A DNA stretch of 64,000 nt, from the NCBI GenBank assembly GCA_964016885.1, contig OZ024742.1:240374001-240438000 (forward strand), given 5' to 3'. This document shows, one piece after another, positions 25,957-39,589 of the stretch; position 1 is the stretch's first letter, and every line of letters starts with the position of its first letter. Both the position numbers and the translations under genes were made by a program. The notes beneath the pieces are model-generated. The model saw only the letters and a program-made list of their open reading frames with translations, was not told the DNA's origin and searched no databases. The stretch comes from Eledone cirrhosa. Taxonomy: Eukaryota.

Positions 25957-26340
25957 TTAACTCTTAACGTCCTATATCACATGAAACCACATTAGTAAAA
26001 TATTCTTGAAAAGTACAAAACAGCACTATGACTGCATCACATTAAAGATTAAATAAAGTGTTAACTTTAGATTACAGCAATTTTTTTTTACAACAATATG
26101 TCTAATAAAATACTATAAACATTTGAATTAACAAACCACATGAAACCACTATAGCAAGACATTCTTGAAAAGTACAAAACAGCATCATAACTACGTCACA
26201 TGAAAAAATTAAAGTCTTTATTCAAATATTGCAAATTTTCACAACAATCTGTACACCAGTAAAGATACTATAAACAGTTGAATTAACAAACCTGTTTTTA
26301 GATATTTTCTGACAAATCATTACAGGATGTTAAGAGTTAA
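25957..26340. mobile_element. TTAA MITE, family 2 (TIR CTCTTAACATCCT), with internal duplication
   Basis: TTAActcttaacgtcct...aggatgttaagagTTAA. Related copies at ~3710-3919, 38335-38978, ~41150-41515 and ~31900-31986. Confidence 0.8.
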
Positions 26341-27989
26341 TACTATGTTCTCTTTGTTTGTTTTTTGTTATTTTTTCCTGGTATATTATCAATGAAATTT
26401 TATTACTTCCCTCTCTCCTCCTCTTTGTATACAACACTTTCATCTATATTTTTGTCTTTTTATGATTTTTCTCCATTAATATGGTGAATTGAACATAAAT
26501 AGCAATCAAACAATCTCAGTTGTCTGGTTTTAGGGGTCGAGGGGTTTGGTGTTAGGGTTTGTTGTGTGTGTATGTATGGGTGAGTATGTATATATATATA
26601 TATATATATAAATAATGCACCAATAACATCAAGTTGCTATGGGAAACTCTGAGTACCTAGGAAGGGATATGCCAGTTAGGCTGTGTTTTACATAATATAT
26701 ATATATATATATATATATAGGGTTTAGTGTCAAGCTTTGGGTGTGTGTATGTGTGTGTGTGTATATATATATAGAGAGAGAGAAGGGGTGAGGGGTAGAT
26801 TTTGTTGAATGTGAGAATATAAATAAATAAATAATAATAATAATGATTTGTTATGTCTTCATTACATTTGAGTAGGGACACGTGTTTCACTATTAACATC
26901 CTAATAACTACTGTTAATATATTCTATATCACATCCCTCATTATTAAACATATCACCATGTATTCACCACTATTACCCTCATGAACACACACCAGACACC
27001 CACAGACACCACCACCATCCTATTAATCATCACGATTAGTATCATTACTTTCATTGGTATCACCAATTTTATTACTATTATATTTATTTCCTAGTTCTAT
27101 TAACATTTTATTTTACCACCACATATTTCTGGCTATGTGTACTCTGTATATGAGTGTGTGTTGGTGTATAAGTTAGACCATATAGTTAGTGTAGCAACTA
27201 TCTGTATTATTCATTCATCTATCTATTTATATTCAATTCACACATTAGCCAAAATTCATAATCACTTTTTTTTCTAGTTAAAAAAAACCCTTTAAGAATA
27301 TAGATAGTTTACATACTAAGCACACCACAGAAAACATTAGACCCCCACCCACCAAAGCTTCATCCTTAACTTAGGATTAATTTATTTTAATTTACTTTCT
27401 TTTATTTCCTTTATTTTATTCTATCTTATTCCTCTATGACAAACCTCTGACCAACGGAACCCCCCCCCCAGCACCGCACTCTTTCATCACCCATCACGTA
27501 TAGCCCAAACCACCTCCCCAGCCACACCCAGCACCCACACTTCACTACATATACACCATAATGTCTATGAAGCAGCCAAAACACCATACCACCACAACTC
27601 ACAGCAACCATCACTCCCCACTGCCACGTCCTCATTATAATCCTTCCCCCCACCTATCATACGCACCAAAACATTCCTTATAGCCAAACTACCATAAATG
27701 AGCGTGAATCGTTATAGACCTTTCTATACTCTACAGGTTCATTCTGTCATTACCACAGCAGAGGTCCGATGTGGGTTTGATTCCAGAGTCGAGCTAGATT
27801 GATACAGATCAAACCTTGAACTGATCAATAGCGAAACACGCGTCACTACTCATTAAACGTAATGAAGACATAACAAATCGTACTTTTTATTATTATTATA
27901 ATTACACTTTGCTTGATTCTACACCTCTAACTGGAAACTATGCATCGAATGCTCACTCTGGTGAACCTACAGTAACTGGACGTTACATT

Positions 27990-28026
<37 letters not shown>

Positions 28027-29146
28027 TTAATTAATATTATTAGGTAGGTGTATGCTCTACAGACAATCTCAAGCTATTTTGCTATCGAAACAGTTCAAGA
28101 TTGACTGTAAGGCATATCTTTTAATAATATCTAACTGCTACTTTCCTTCAGTATGGAATACCAAGTTGAATACTAGTCTTAATTAGTAACATTTTATCCA
28201 TATATATAAATACATATATATATAATTCATGACTTTTAGTCGAATTATATGATATTAATAGTTTGACATTTAATTCTATATGAAGCTGGTGTATCTGAGG
28301 TAGATCTATTCATCAGCTGATATATGTATACAGGGCCTCCAAGAGAAATTTTGCAAGGTGGGTACAAGACCCCTTTGGGGCCCAAAGCAGGCAAAGATTC
28401 TTTTCTCAAAATGGATGTTGCATGGTTGCTGTGGGGCCTTCATACCTCTTGGGGCCCCAGAACAAAATACCAACTGGATTGACCCTACCTCTCATAGGCC
28501 CTGTACATATATATATATATTTATATATACGTGTGTGTGTAGTAGAATGGTGTACTCTTAGAGAATGCAAAGGCACCACAATGAAAATAAGATATGCAAT
28601 ACATCATATAAAAAGAGTACTTTATTTTATTTCATTGAGAAGTGACTTTTACAGGATTAGTTCTGTTTCATTTGGTGATGAAATTGCTAAAAAGCTTTCT
28701 TATCATTTCATCAAATGAAACCACAGTACTAGTCCTGTAAAAGTAACTTTTAAATTAAATTTTATATATTTAATTTAATACATGTACACCTAACAGTGAA
28801 GTTTAAACTGTTTATATGGTTGATCATTGGGTTTACATATATTAAATATCTACACTTTATTTTCTTTAAAGTATGGTGTACTAAGTTGAATAATGGTCTT
28901 AGTCTTTTAACTAGCAAAATCTTATCCTTCTATATATATAAATATATATACACACATTACATATCAACACACACATATATATATATATATATATACATAC
29001 AGGCACATATATATATATATTTATTCGTTTGTTTATTCATTTCTGTATAGAGTTAGTAAGCCATGACAGTTGGTAATCAGAAAGAGCTAGTGAGACAAGT
29101 AATAAAAAAAAAACTAAAAAAAAGGGAAAAAATAAAATAAAATAAT

Positions 29147-29183
<37 letters not shown>

Positions 29184-29444
29184 ACATACACACTCACAGA
29201 CATATAATGCATCTTCTCTCTAACCCATGCACATATGGAAAATAGATGTTAAACTGTTATGATATGTGTGTGCGCGTGGGTGAAATATAGTTATCACAAT
29301 GTAAATGTATATAATAATAATAGCTAATCACTTTAAACAATAGTTGAGAAAATTGAGTAAAGGACCCCTGGAGTCAGAAAAAAAGTGGACATAGGCGACT
29401 GCAAAGAATGTAACTCATATACATATATATATATATATATGTAT

Positions 29445-29498
<54 letters not shown>

Positions 29499-29717
29499 GC
29501 CTGGATTTGTGACTGACAGTATTAGCAATTGGAAAGACCAATGGAAACATTGTTTCCTCAGTCTGATTTGACGAAGTCTGGGACCTTGTCAAGGCCTAGG
29601 AATGGGGTTCACACAGAGCTGTTATATACTATTTATAAAAAAACACACCAAAGAATCAATGCATTTACAAACTACTGCATTGATTCTTTGGTATTTTCTA
29701 TAAATAGTATATATATG

Positions 29718-29759
<42 letters not shown>

Positions 29760-29784
29760 CTGGGAGAGAGATCATCTAGTTTGC

Positions 29785-30620
29785 TGATTGGCAGAATCAG
29801 TAGAGCGTGAAACAAAATGTTTTGTGACATTTAGTTGCGGTTCTCTGTGTTTTGAATTCAAATCCATCCCAGGCTCAACTTTACCTTTCATCATTCCTAG
29901 CTCAAAATACAATAAAGTTCCAGTCAAGTACTGGAATCAATATAATTGACTGCCCACCCACCCCTCCAACTTGTTTATTGTGTATCTAAATTAGAAGCAA
30001 AAAAGGGTCAGTGGATTGGCAGAATTGTTAGTGATCAAATAAAATGCTTTGTGGCATTTAGTTATGGCTCTTTGAATCTTCAGTTCAAATCCCACCAGTG
30101 TCAAATTTGCTTTTCCTTCTTTCAGAGTTGATAAAATAAAGCACCAATAATGCACTGGGGTCGATTTAATCGGCTTTCCTCTCCCTAAAAATAGCTGGTC
30201 TTGTCCCTCATGTAGAAACAATTATTATTATTATGTTTGGCAGTATCAGTAGAGGGTCGGACGCCATGCTTTGCAACATAGAGTTACTGTCCTTTTACGA
30301 TATGAGTTCAAATCCCGCTGAGGTTAACTTCATCTTTCATCCTTACAGGGTCAATAAAATAAAGCACCAGTAATGTACTGGTATAATTGCTGGCCTTGTG
30401 CCAAATGTAGAAACAATTATTATGCTTTGCGGCATATAGTTACCTCCTTTTATATTCTGAGTTCAAATCCGGCCGAGGTTAGCTTTGCCTTTTATCCTTA
30501 CGGAGTTGATAAAATAAAGTACCAGTGGTGCGCTGGGATCGATTTGATCAACTTTCCCCTACCTCAAAATAGCTGGTCTTGTGCTCAAATCAGAAACCAT
30601 TATTATTATTATTGTTATTA
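29785..30620 (+). mobile_element. Array of four head-to-tail tRNA-SINE copies of the same family
   Basis: Four successive gttcaaatcc...ataaaataaagtaccag...tagaaacaattatt units. Confidence 0.8.
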
Positions 30621-33211
30621 TTATTTGTTGATGTAAATCACTTATAAGAGTTTATTTATAAAATCTGGTTACCAACTTATAGTTATATTGTCTGCATTTA
30701 TATATTTAACTTCATTAGGGATATAAATCATTGTGGGTTTATGTGAAGTTGGGAGCTGTAGTTGGCTGTATCAGCAGGATGTAAGTCCTATGAATCAAAA
30801 TGATAAACTCTTTCTAAGCCAACACCAAAACTTTATTTTGTCTCATGAAGCCACATGGTTTGGTGGTCTTCTTGTGTCTGAGACAGCCATCACATAACAT
30901 CCCCCAAGCACTACAACCAGTTCACAGTAGTGGGATTAGGGTGCATTAGGTCCCCATTCTCTGAGATCAAGGCACTCACTCACTATGTGTTCAGCAAGCT
31001 GCTGATGGTTGCAGCCTCAATTGGTGTATGGCTGCGTTTAACCTGCAGCACGATGACATTTTTTTATGAATTGCTTCCCTTGACACTGCATTATATATTA
31101 AGGGGAGATTACTCTATTGTCACAATTTGTTGCCGACAGCACATTAAAGATTAAGCAGCCAACACCTGTGTGTAACCGATTCAGGGACACCCACTCCTTC
31201 TGAAGAGGTTGGCACCTTAGGGAGCAGGGCTGATATTCTGTTGGGCCAGTCAAGATGTCATGGCTTTGTGGTTAGTATTTGGCTCATGATTGTGTAGTTG
31301 TGAGTTTGATTTCTGTTGGTATGTTATGTCCTTGATCAAGACACTTTATTTTTACATTGCTCCAGTCCACAAAGCTGGGGGAAAAATGAGCTGTACCTGT
31401 AATTCAAAAAGCCAGCCTGTTGCATACTGCCATGCTGAATGTTCCTGAGAATTACATTAGGGGTACAGATGTCTGTGGAATGCAGCCACTTGTATGTTAA
31501 TTCCATGAGCAGGTTTTTCCATTAGTCAAACAACATTGTGTACCATAACCAGGACACTTAACCAGTACTATATGACTCAGTGGTTCTAGCTGTAAATAGC
31601 TGGGGAGGTACAGTCCACTAGTAAATATACTATGGTGAACTTCCAAGAGTTTTGTAGATTTTTAAAGGAAGAAGTTTGCTGGGCATTGCCTTAGAGCAGC
31701 CAATGAGATGGTATCATCCTTTATCCTCTGGAAACCTGAGCCAGTCAGCTGCAAATCCTGTAAACTGTCTTATCCTGACACTGCATCTAGGGACTCTGAG
31801 ATTGGTTATGAAGACATGGGAGTGGCCATGCAGGACAGGAATTACTGGCAGGATATTGTGAACTCGATCTTGACTGCGATCGAAAGAAAATGATAATGAT
31901 TAAAAATACTATACTACAAACATTCGAATTAACAAACACATTTTTTGATATTTTCTACTAAATCATTGCATGATGTTAAGTGTTAAACCATTATTTTAAA
32001 TACTTGGTTAATTTATGAAGCATTAAGGAAGTTTGAAATTTGAAAATGTTAGCCACATTACAGAGAACTATAAGTAATAGTTGATAACTCCTATATAATA
32101 GTTGGATAAATTGAATAAATTAGGACTGGAGATGGACAGAGACTCTTGTGCAAATCTTACTACACATCTATTATTTATAGTTATCAAATATTATTTTCAT
32201 TTATTTTTGCCTTCCCAAATGTTGCTAGATGTGGAGGCGCGTGGCCTAGAGGTAAGTGTGTTGGATTTACAATCCCCTCTCAGAATATTATACAGCAATA
32301 AGAATCGTGTTATAATAAAATAATATAATAATAATGAAATTGTGTACAGTGCTCAGGTGCACTACAACTCTTCAAAGGTGCATATATAGTACATAGAATA
32401 ATGTACAAATGTCAGGAAAGTGAACAGTGTAAGAGTCAATAATAATCAATAGAGAAAAAAAAGTGTATACTTAGAGCAGAATGGATATCCATTAATATGT
32501 GTATATTTTGTTTATAACAAAATAAGTGAAAATTTGAACTTAGCTCACATAACAACAATGTTTATACTTAGAGAAGAATGGATATCCCAATAGCATGTAT
32601 ATATTTTCATCATCATCATCATTTTTCCATGCTTGCATAGATTAGATGGGTCCTTTTCAGCACATCATCTCTCCACTTATCGCATTCCTTTGTCATCTCC
32701 TCTGTGAGTCTCAGCAATTTGAGATCAGCTATTACCATATCTGCCCAGGTCTTCTTTGGTCTACCATTGCTGTGGCTTCCTACCACAGTTTCAGCACCAG
32801 TAATATACTATTACTAGAGACAAGAAACAGGTTTGGTAAAAAACCAGCCCTGGAATCCAGGTGACACTGATCAACACAGACAGCTGAAGGCCAGAGGTGT
32901 GTTTTCTTATTTTCATTGCTCAGCTAAGTCAACACTAACAGACAGCAAAGTGCTGTGACACAGACACATACACATATATACATACACAAGGTAAAAAGAA
33001 AGTAAGCTAATCAGGAGAGAACGGTAATTAGTTATGCAGATTACTAGCCAGTATAGTGGTTAGTGTACTCAATGCATATAGGTTGTTAGACTAGCGAGCC
33101 ATGCAATTAGATGGAAAGAGAGATCAATTAACAATCGTATAATAAGCAGAGCAAAAAATCATATTTAAAATGCTGGAGAGAACAACACAGATTTATGAAT
33201 ACATATTTAAT

Positions 33212-33321
33212 GGCTGACATGTTTCAAATATTGCACAGTCAGAATAGACATAGATGTTGAGATATCGATATTAGTCCATTAAAAATAAATAAATAAGTAT
33301 GTCAATATTATCCTCAGAGCC
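33212..33321 (-). ncRNA. Type I hammerhead-ribozyme-like motif of Penelope-like element type (probably degenerate)
   Basis: Minus strand reads GGCT-CTGAGGA-TAATATTG...CAATATTT-GAAA-CATG-TC-AGCC. Core, stem I and palindromic stem III are intact, but the stem II closing pair is U-U. Confidence 0.55.
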
Positions 33322-33879
33322 TAAAAAAATTCTTTATAACATATTAATTCATAAATTAAATCATGTCACCGAAGTGAGAAACCTACTTTAAATGTGGAAT
33401 GTTGATATTAAAAGGATGGAAGTGAAAAAGCGTTATAGCAGCCATTTTGTGTTGGTTTGAAATATATATATATATATATATATCATCATCATCTCCGTTT
33501 AACATCCATTTTCCACACTAGCATGGGTTAGACGAGTTGGCCCATTATGAGACAAACCAGATCAGGTGACCATGTCTAGCTCATACAGAATTGATTTTGG
33601 CTTAGTTTCTACAGTTGGATGCCTTTCCTAACATCATCTACAGTGTGGACTGGACACGTTTTGTTGTGACACCTACACGACTTTACAGTGTGGACTGGGT
33701 GCTTTTTGTTGTGGCACCAAAACGACCTCTTTACAGTTTCACTGGTGCATGGGGATTGTAGAGGTATATCTAGGGATGGGGGACATATCTGGTGATGGGT
33801 GGAGTGTTAGAACTTGTGAAGTATAGGAAAAGAAGAAGGTAGGGGAAAGTAGTGCATACTAGATGTATGCTTCAACCTG

Positions 33880-35400
33880 TGCACATGAGAAGGCGGTTCT
33901 TCTATATTGCTGCATAATGCCAGAGATCTCAATCCTGTGTCATTGCCTTTGAAAGGTGCAATTGTACGAGGTCAGCTTTTATCACCTCCTCCCAAGTCCT
34001 ACTAGGCTTTCCTCCTCTATAGCTTGCATCAATTTTGTGTTCCCTGCTCCTTTTTATACAGCTGTCATCCTTCATACACATCACATATCCATACTACTGC
34101 AATTTCCTCTCTAGTACACTTCATCTGATCCCTCATATTCCTGGTTTCTCTCTCAACTCATTTTGTCATTTATGAATACTACTATTACACATCCATCGGA
34201 GCATGCATGCTTCATTTTTTTCCAATCTATGTAGGTCCTCAGCACACAGAGTCCATGTCTCACTGCCATGCAGCATTGCAGTTTGTATACATGCCTCATA
34301 CAAAATACCTTTCATTTTGAGGGAAAAGCCTTTTGTAGCTAGCACTGGTCATGGCTCCCCAAACTCTTTATATCTGGTTCTCATTCTGGCTACTGTACTT
34401 TCGGAACACCCACCTCCACTGTTAAGTTGGTCTCCCAGGTAACAGAACTGTCAACTGCTTCAACGGAACCCTCTAAGAATTTGGTAGAGCTTGTTTCCTG
34501 TGAGCGTTTACTGCTGCTGTGCAACACCCACATGTAAAACCAACATTCTTTGCTAGCCTACCTGAGATCCCATTATATCTCTTGTGTACCCATAATTTAT
34601 ATTTGGAACAGAGGATGGAATTTCTACTCACCCTTTGCCTACACACTGAGCAAGGCCATTTCCCAGAAGGGTTTAGGGCCTTGTTTTCCTTAATACTTAT
34701 TAGAACTTTGGTCTTTGCCAAGTTGACTTTAAGAACTTTTGATTCCAGGTCACAAATTCTTTATCTAGTTCTGCCATAGATTCAGGTGTGAGAGTTAGAT
34801 CATTAGCATATAGGAGTTCCCAAGGGCATCCTGTAGCATTTAAACCAGCCATATCCGGCTAGAATTATCTCATCTCTTTCTGTTTAAACCAGCTCTAACT
34901 GGCCACTCATACCAATAATAAGGTATTGTTCTTAAAATAAATAACATCAAATTCTCGTAGATTTGATATCATGTGAGATAAAGCCTTTGCTGTAAAAATG
35001 CAATAGTAAATATAGAGTAATGTAAATGGTAAAAGATAAAACTCTTCTGTTATAGCCTGGAGGACAATAATAAATAGTAGAAGGCTAAGGACAGAGCCCT
35101 GGTGGACACCAATTTGCATGCTAAACTCTCACTACAGTTATTCATTTTAACCTCTATATATGTCTTGTCCTGCCCTCACAAGCCACTCGTCCACCCCTAG
35201 TTTCCTAAGTGCCCACTAAATTACAGAACGGGTGCCCTGTCAAAAGCTTTTTCCAGGTCAACAAATATCAAGAAGAGGGGTTTACTTTTTGCTAGGTATT
35301 TCTGCAGTTGCCTTGCAAGAAAAAGGCATTGGTGGTACTTCTACCTGGTACAATCCTATTATAGAGATGCATCAGTTGGCTATCTTTTATAATGAATGTA
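33880..35400 (-). mobile_element. Decayed RTE-clade LINE interrupted by a family-1 TTAA MITE (~34833-35040)
   Basis: ORF track gives QIGVHQGSVLSLLLFIIVLQAITEEF and AKTKVLI...GKWPCSVCRQRVSRNSILC..KLWVHKR. The manually read TGCPWELLYANDL resumes after the MITE. Confidence 0.88.
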
Positions 35401-37259
35401 TCGATAAAATTGGTTAGAATCAATAAAAGTATGCCAGGGAGTAAAATATCCAGACTATATATATATATATAAAAGTCATGAATGACCATGGGATTTGCAC
35501 CTAGAAAGTTCTCCTCCAAGGCACAAGTCTGAGCAAGGTTGTCTGTGGAAGACCAGCAGTCGCCCATCCATACCAATCTCCCCTCTCCACACCACTGATG
35601 TTGTCCAAGGGAAATGCAATGGCCAATACAGCTTGGCACCAATAATGTTGCAGCTCATTTCTACAGCTGAGTAAACTCGAACAACATAAAATAAAGTGTT
35701 TTGCTTAAGGACACAACACACCATCTAGTCTGAGAATTCAACTCACAACCTGATGATTGCAAGCCCAAAGCTCTAACCACTAAGTCATTCTCTTTCACAC
35801 TCTCACACAAACAAACAAACACACACACATGCATATATATATATATATATATATTATATAGAAATTATTTTGACAGGATTAGAACTGTTTCATTTGTATG
35901 AAATCATCATGATTACTCCCACTAAAAAACAAAAACAGTAAATTTATTGTTATATAATTATTGCCTCCATTGCCCTTGACGAGATCTAATGTATGAAATA
36001 ATGTCAGCCATCTTGGTATTGCCTGAAAAATAAGCAACACTAGCAGGCATACCGTCTCTAAGACCTATGCAAGAGTAGGCTTTGAAACCTAAGGTAGCAT
36101 GCAACTGTGTTGAGAATTTATTAATAATATACTTTAGCTCTGTACTTAACATGGAGCACTCTTTTTCCTTTATCTAGTTTATGGAAACTCTTGACTCTAC
36201 ATATATATATACAATATATATATAATGTAAATATTTCAAAAGAAAATAAAGTTTTTTTTCTCCTGACATAAAGTCCAACGTTAAAAGATTAGCAGGCTGT
36301 GATATATATAAACAGCTTATTTTATCCAATAGGCTGAGAAATTGTTCTGGAAATCAGTAGTTTCTTGTAAATGGATTAACCCCAAAAAAAAAAAAAAAAA
36401 AAGATAAAAAAATTATGAGAAAATCAAAGCTGTAATGGTTAAATATTTTTCATTCAACCTAAATCTCTTTTTTCTTAAATAACCACACATTTTTTTTAAT
36501 GCAGGTTTTCCTTCTACTTCACCTTTTTTCTATTTCTTGATCACCCACCCACTCCTACATCACCCCATCCCTGTCATTGCCCCAATGAAAAATTTATTGA
36601 TATTGAAATGTTGATTCTATTCCTTTTTTTAAATCCCCACCTACACTTTTCTATAAACCTTTCGTTCCCATATTTCTAATGAATGACACTGCCTATGATT
36701 TTCAATATTTATGAAAATCAAAAATCTAGAAGGATTTAGTAATATAACTGACTTTCTCATTATAAAGCTAGTGTTTGGAACATAACTTAATAAAGGTTCT
36801 TACATATAACCACAATGGAATGTTTGTAGATTAATATAAACACTTTTATACTGTAGAGCCAAAAGCTGTTTCAGATGATTTTGTATCAAAAGAGTTAACT
36901 TCGTTTCTCATTTTAATCCCTACACTTCCATGGTTGGGTGCACAACACTGTGAATAATACTGTAGCTGTACTAAAATGGTAACTTATTGACCACTACACA
37001 CATTGTATTGCACCTTTGAACAAAGGCCAATAACTATGCATGCCCCAGTTTGCTTGTCTGACCACCCCTTCACTTCCAACAAATAACATTGCAGATGTAC
37101 TATAATGGTTATGGCCCTTGCAGATATTGTATTGTACCTTTGAACAGAAGCCCATAACTCTGCATGCCCCAGTTTGCCTGTCTCTGACTAACTAAATCCC
37201 ATCCACAATTCTCTATGGTTAAACGGTTAGCAGTCGAAACAGAATCAAACTGATCATTC

Positions 37260-37560
37260 CCTTTTTGTGCTAGTTGCAGTCAGGACTTCCGGCATCCTCA
37301 GTCACAGGATTGTCATTTTCCTCTGCAATTTTGGGAGGATGGCATCTCAACTGAGGAAGGAGCTCAATCAAGTGGAATGGCTGTTATTGCTGGCTGTTTT
37401 TTGTTTGTTTTGTTTTTTTGTAGCAGCAGCAATATTTTCACCATCTTTTATATTGGCTACAGCTAAGATGTATCCACCAACCAAAGGTGTAGAGTTTGTT
37501 CCCATCTTCATTTCTTCTTTTTTATTTTTTTTATTTCTGACTCTCTTTATATAAATATAT
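37260..37560 (+). mobile_element. CRE-like 3' fragment (older copy; similar relics at ~54970-55200 and 59495-59850)
   Basis: VAVRTSGILSHRIVIFLCNFGRMASQLRKELNQVEWLL aligns by eye to the 46762 ORF. Shares the motif ggtgtagagtttg with 55100 and ggtgtagagtctg with 47038. Confidence 0.6.
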
Positions 37561-37801
37561 ACAACTGAATATGAAATTTTGAATCAATAAAATTCCACAA
37601 TGCTTTCTGATTGAATTGGTTAAGCAGTTGGAACAGCATCAAACTCTGAAAATAATTTGTTCAAATTAAAACCTCCAAACCAGAGGCAAAAAAATGGATG
37701 GAAAACAAAGAAAATAAACCAGCCATCATTGTACTTTTTTTTATATAGAATTATATCTTTGAGATGATATTGTTAGCATTAGCACTCCACTACTACCAAG
37801 C

Positions 37802-38020
37802 TTAACCCTTTAGCATTTACATTACTCTATATATACTATTGTATTTTCGTGGTAAAGGCTTTATCTCACATAATTATCTCATATAATATCAAATCTACAA
37901 GATTTTTATATTATTTGTTTTGAGAAGAATACCTTAACATCAGTATGAGCAGCCAGTTACAGCCTGTTTAAACATAAAGAGGTGAGAGAATTCTGGCCGG
38001 ATTAAATGCTAAAGGGTTAA
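37802..38020. mobile_element. TTAA/piggyBac-type MITE, family 1 (opposite orientation)
   Basis: TTAAccctttagcattta...taaatgctaaagggTTAA, perfect TIR pair. Confidence 0.88.
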
Positions 38021-38334
38021 ATAACCCTTTGTCTGGAGGTTGTAGTTGTTAAACCCCAGCTCAGCCCTATCTTTGCAGAACTATAATGGTTTCTGATTTA
38101 GGCACAAAGCCAACAATTTTTGGGGAAGGGGAAAGTCGATTAAGTGGACCCCCAGTACTTTATTTTATCGACCCCATAAGGATACTAACCTCAGCAGGAT
38201 TTGAACTCAGAATGTAAAGGACCATAACTATGTCACAAAGCATATTGTCTGATGCTCTAGCGGTACTGCCAATCCACCACCCTTTGCAGACCTATAATGA
38301 AATGCATTCAAACTAAAACCATTTCTTTTATTTA

Positions 38335-38978
38335 TTAACTCTTAACATCCTAAACAACGTGAGACCGCATAAGCAAAACATTCTAGAAAAGTACAAAACA
38401 GCATTATAACTGCATCATATTAAAAATTGAAGACTTTAGTTTACTGCAAATTTTCACAACTATCTGTTCACTAATAAAGATACTTTAAACATTAGAATTA
38501 ACAAATCACATAAACAAGATATACTTGAAAAACACAAAACAGCTCAATTTACTGTGAATTTTCATAACAATCTGCCTACAAGATACTGTCATTTAAATTA
38601 ACAAGAGCACATTGACAAAGCATTCTTGAAAAGTACAAAACTGCTATGATGGCATCACATTCGGTCGATTGGCAGTATCGGTAGAGGGTCGGACGCCATG
38701 CTTTCCAGCATAGTTACCTCCCTTTACGATCTGAGTTCAAATCCCGCCGAGGTTGACTTTGCCTTTCATCCTTACGGGGTCGATAAAATAAAGTACCAGT
38801 AATGAACTGGGTAATTGCTGGCCTTGTGCCTAAAGTAGAAACAATTAATTAATCTTTATTCTGATACTTCAAATTTTCACAACAATCTGTCCTCTAGTAA
38901 ATATTCTATAAACATTTGAATTGACAAACCTGTTTTCAGATATTTTCTGTTAAATCATTATAGGATGTTAAGAGTTAA
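38335..38978. mobile_element. TTAA MITE, family 2, with three internal repeats and a nested tRNA-SINE (~38663-38850)
   Basis: TTAActcttaacatcct...aggatgttaagagTTAA. The SINE interrupts the third internal unit. Confidence 0.8.
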
Positions 38979-39244
38979 TTCACCCCTAGTCAAGAGGTTG
39001 CCGATCTTAAGCCCAGGTTTTTGTTTATAAAATGGTGGGGTGCAATTTGGTTGTTATATCTAGCAGGTCGATCAACCACATAGACGCTTGGTGGGAGGGG
39101 GGGGGGGTCTCTCTGCCCCTTCCTTCCCACTTTCCCAGGTTGTTTCAGCCTTTCAGCTTATCTGATGTATTAGCTCCCTCTCAATAAACAGGTCTATTTT
39201 GCACACACACCAAAATAGCCCAGAATTTGTTACCGAAATGAAAT

Positions 39245-39535
39245 TTACAGTTCACACCTATGTAGGTTTACTTTGCCTCATACAAGGTTGCATCTAATAT
39301 GAGGGTTCTTGGGTGTTTTAATGATAGAAGCCCAGTCCTATCATGTTCTTGTTACAGTTCACATTCATGTAGTTTTACCTGGTCTTCTACAAGGTTGCAT
39401 TTAATGTGAGGGTTCTTTGGTATTTTAATGATATCATGCTTTTGTTGTTACTGTTCACATCTATGTATGTTTACCTGGCCTCCTATAAGGTTGCATTTCA
39501 CAGGAAGTTTCTTGAGTGTTTTAATGATAGGAACA
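39245..39535. repeat. ~105-bp tandem repeat, 3 copies
   Basis: ac(a/t)gttcaca...aaggttgcat...gttttaatgata repeated three times. Confidence 0.85.
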
Positions 39536-39589
39536 TCATGAGAATCATGAAAGCAACATGAAATGAAATGTTTTGCTCAAGATTGCAGT

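Noticed and set aside
37605-37650. ctgattga...ggaacagcatc as another hammerhead
   Set aside because: Both core segments and stem III are defective, so it cannot be distinguished from chance.
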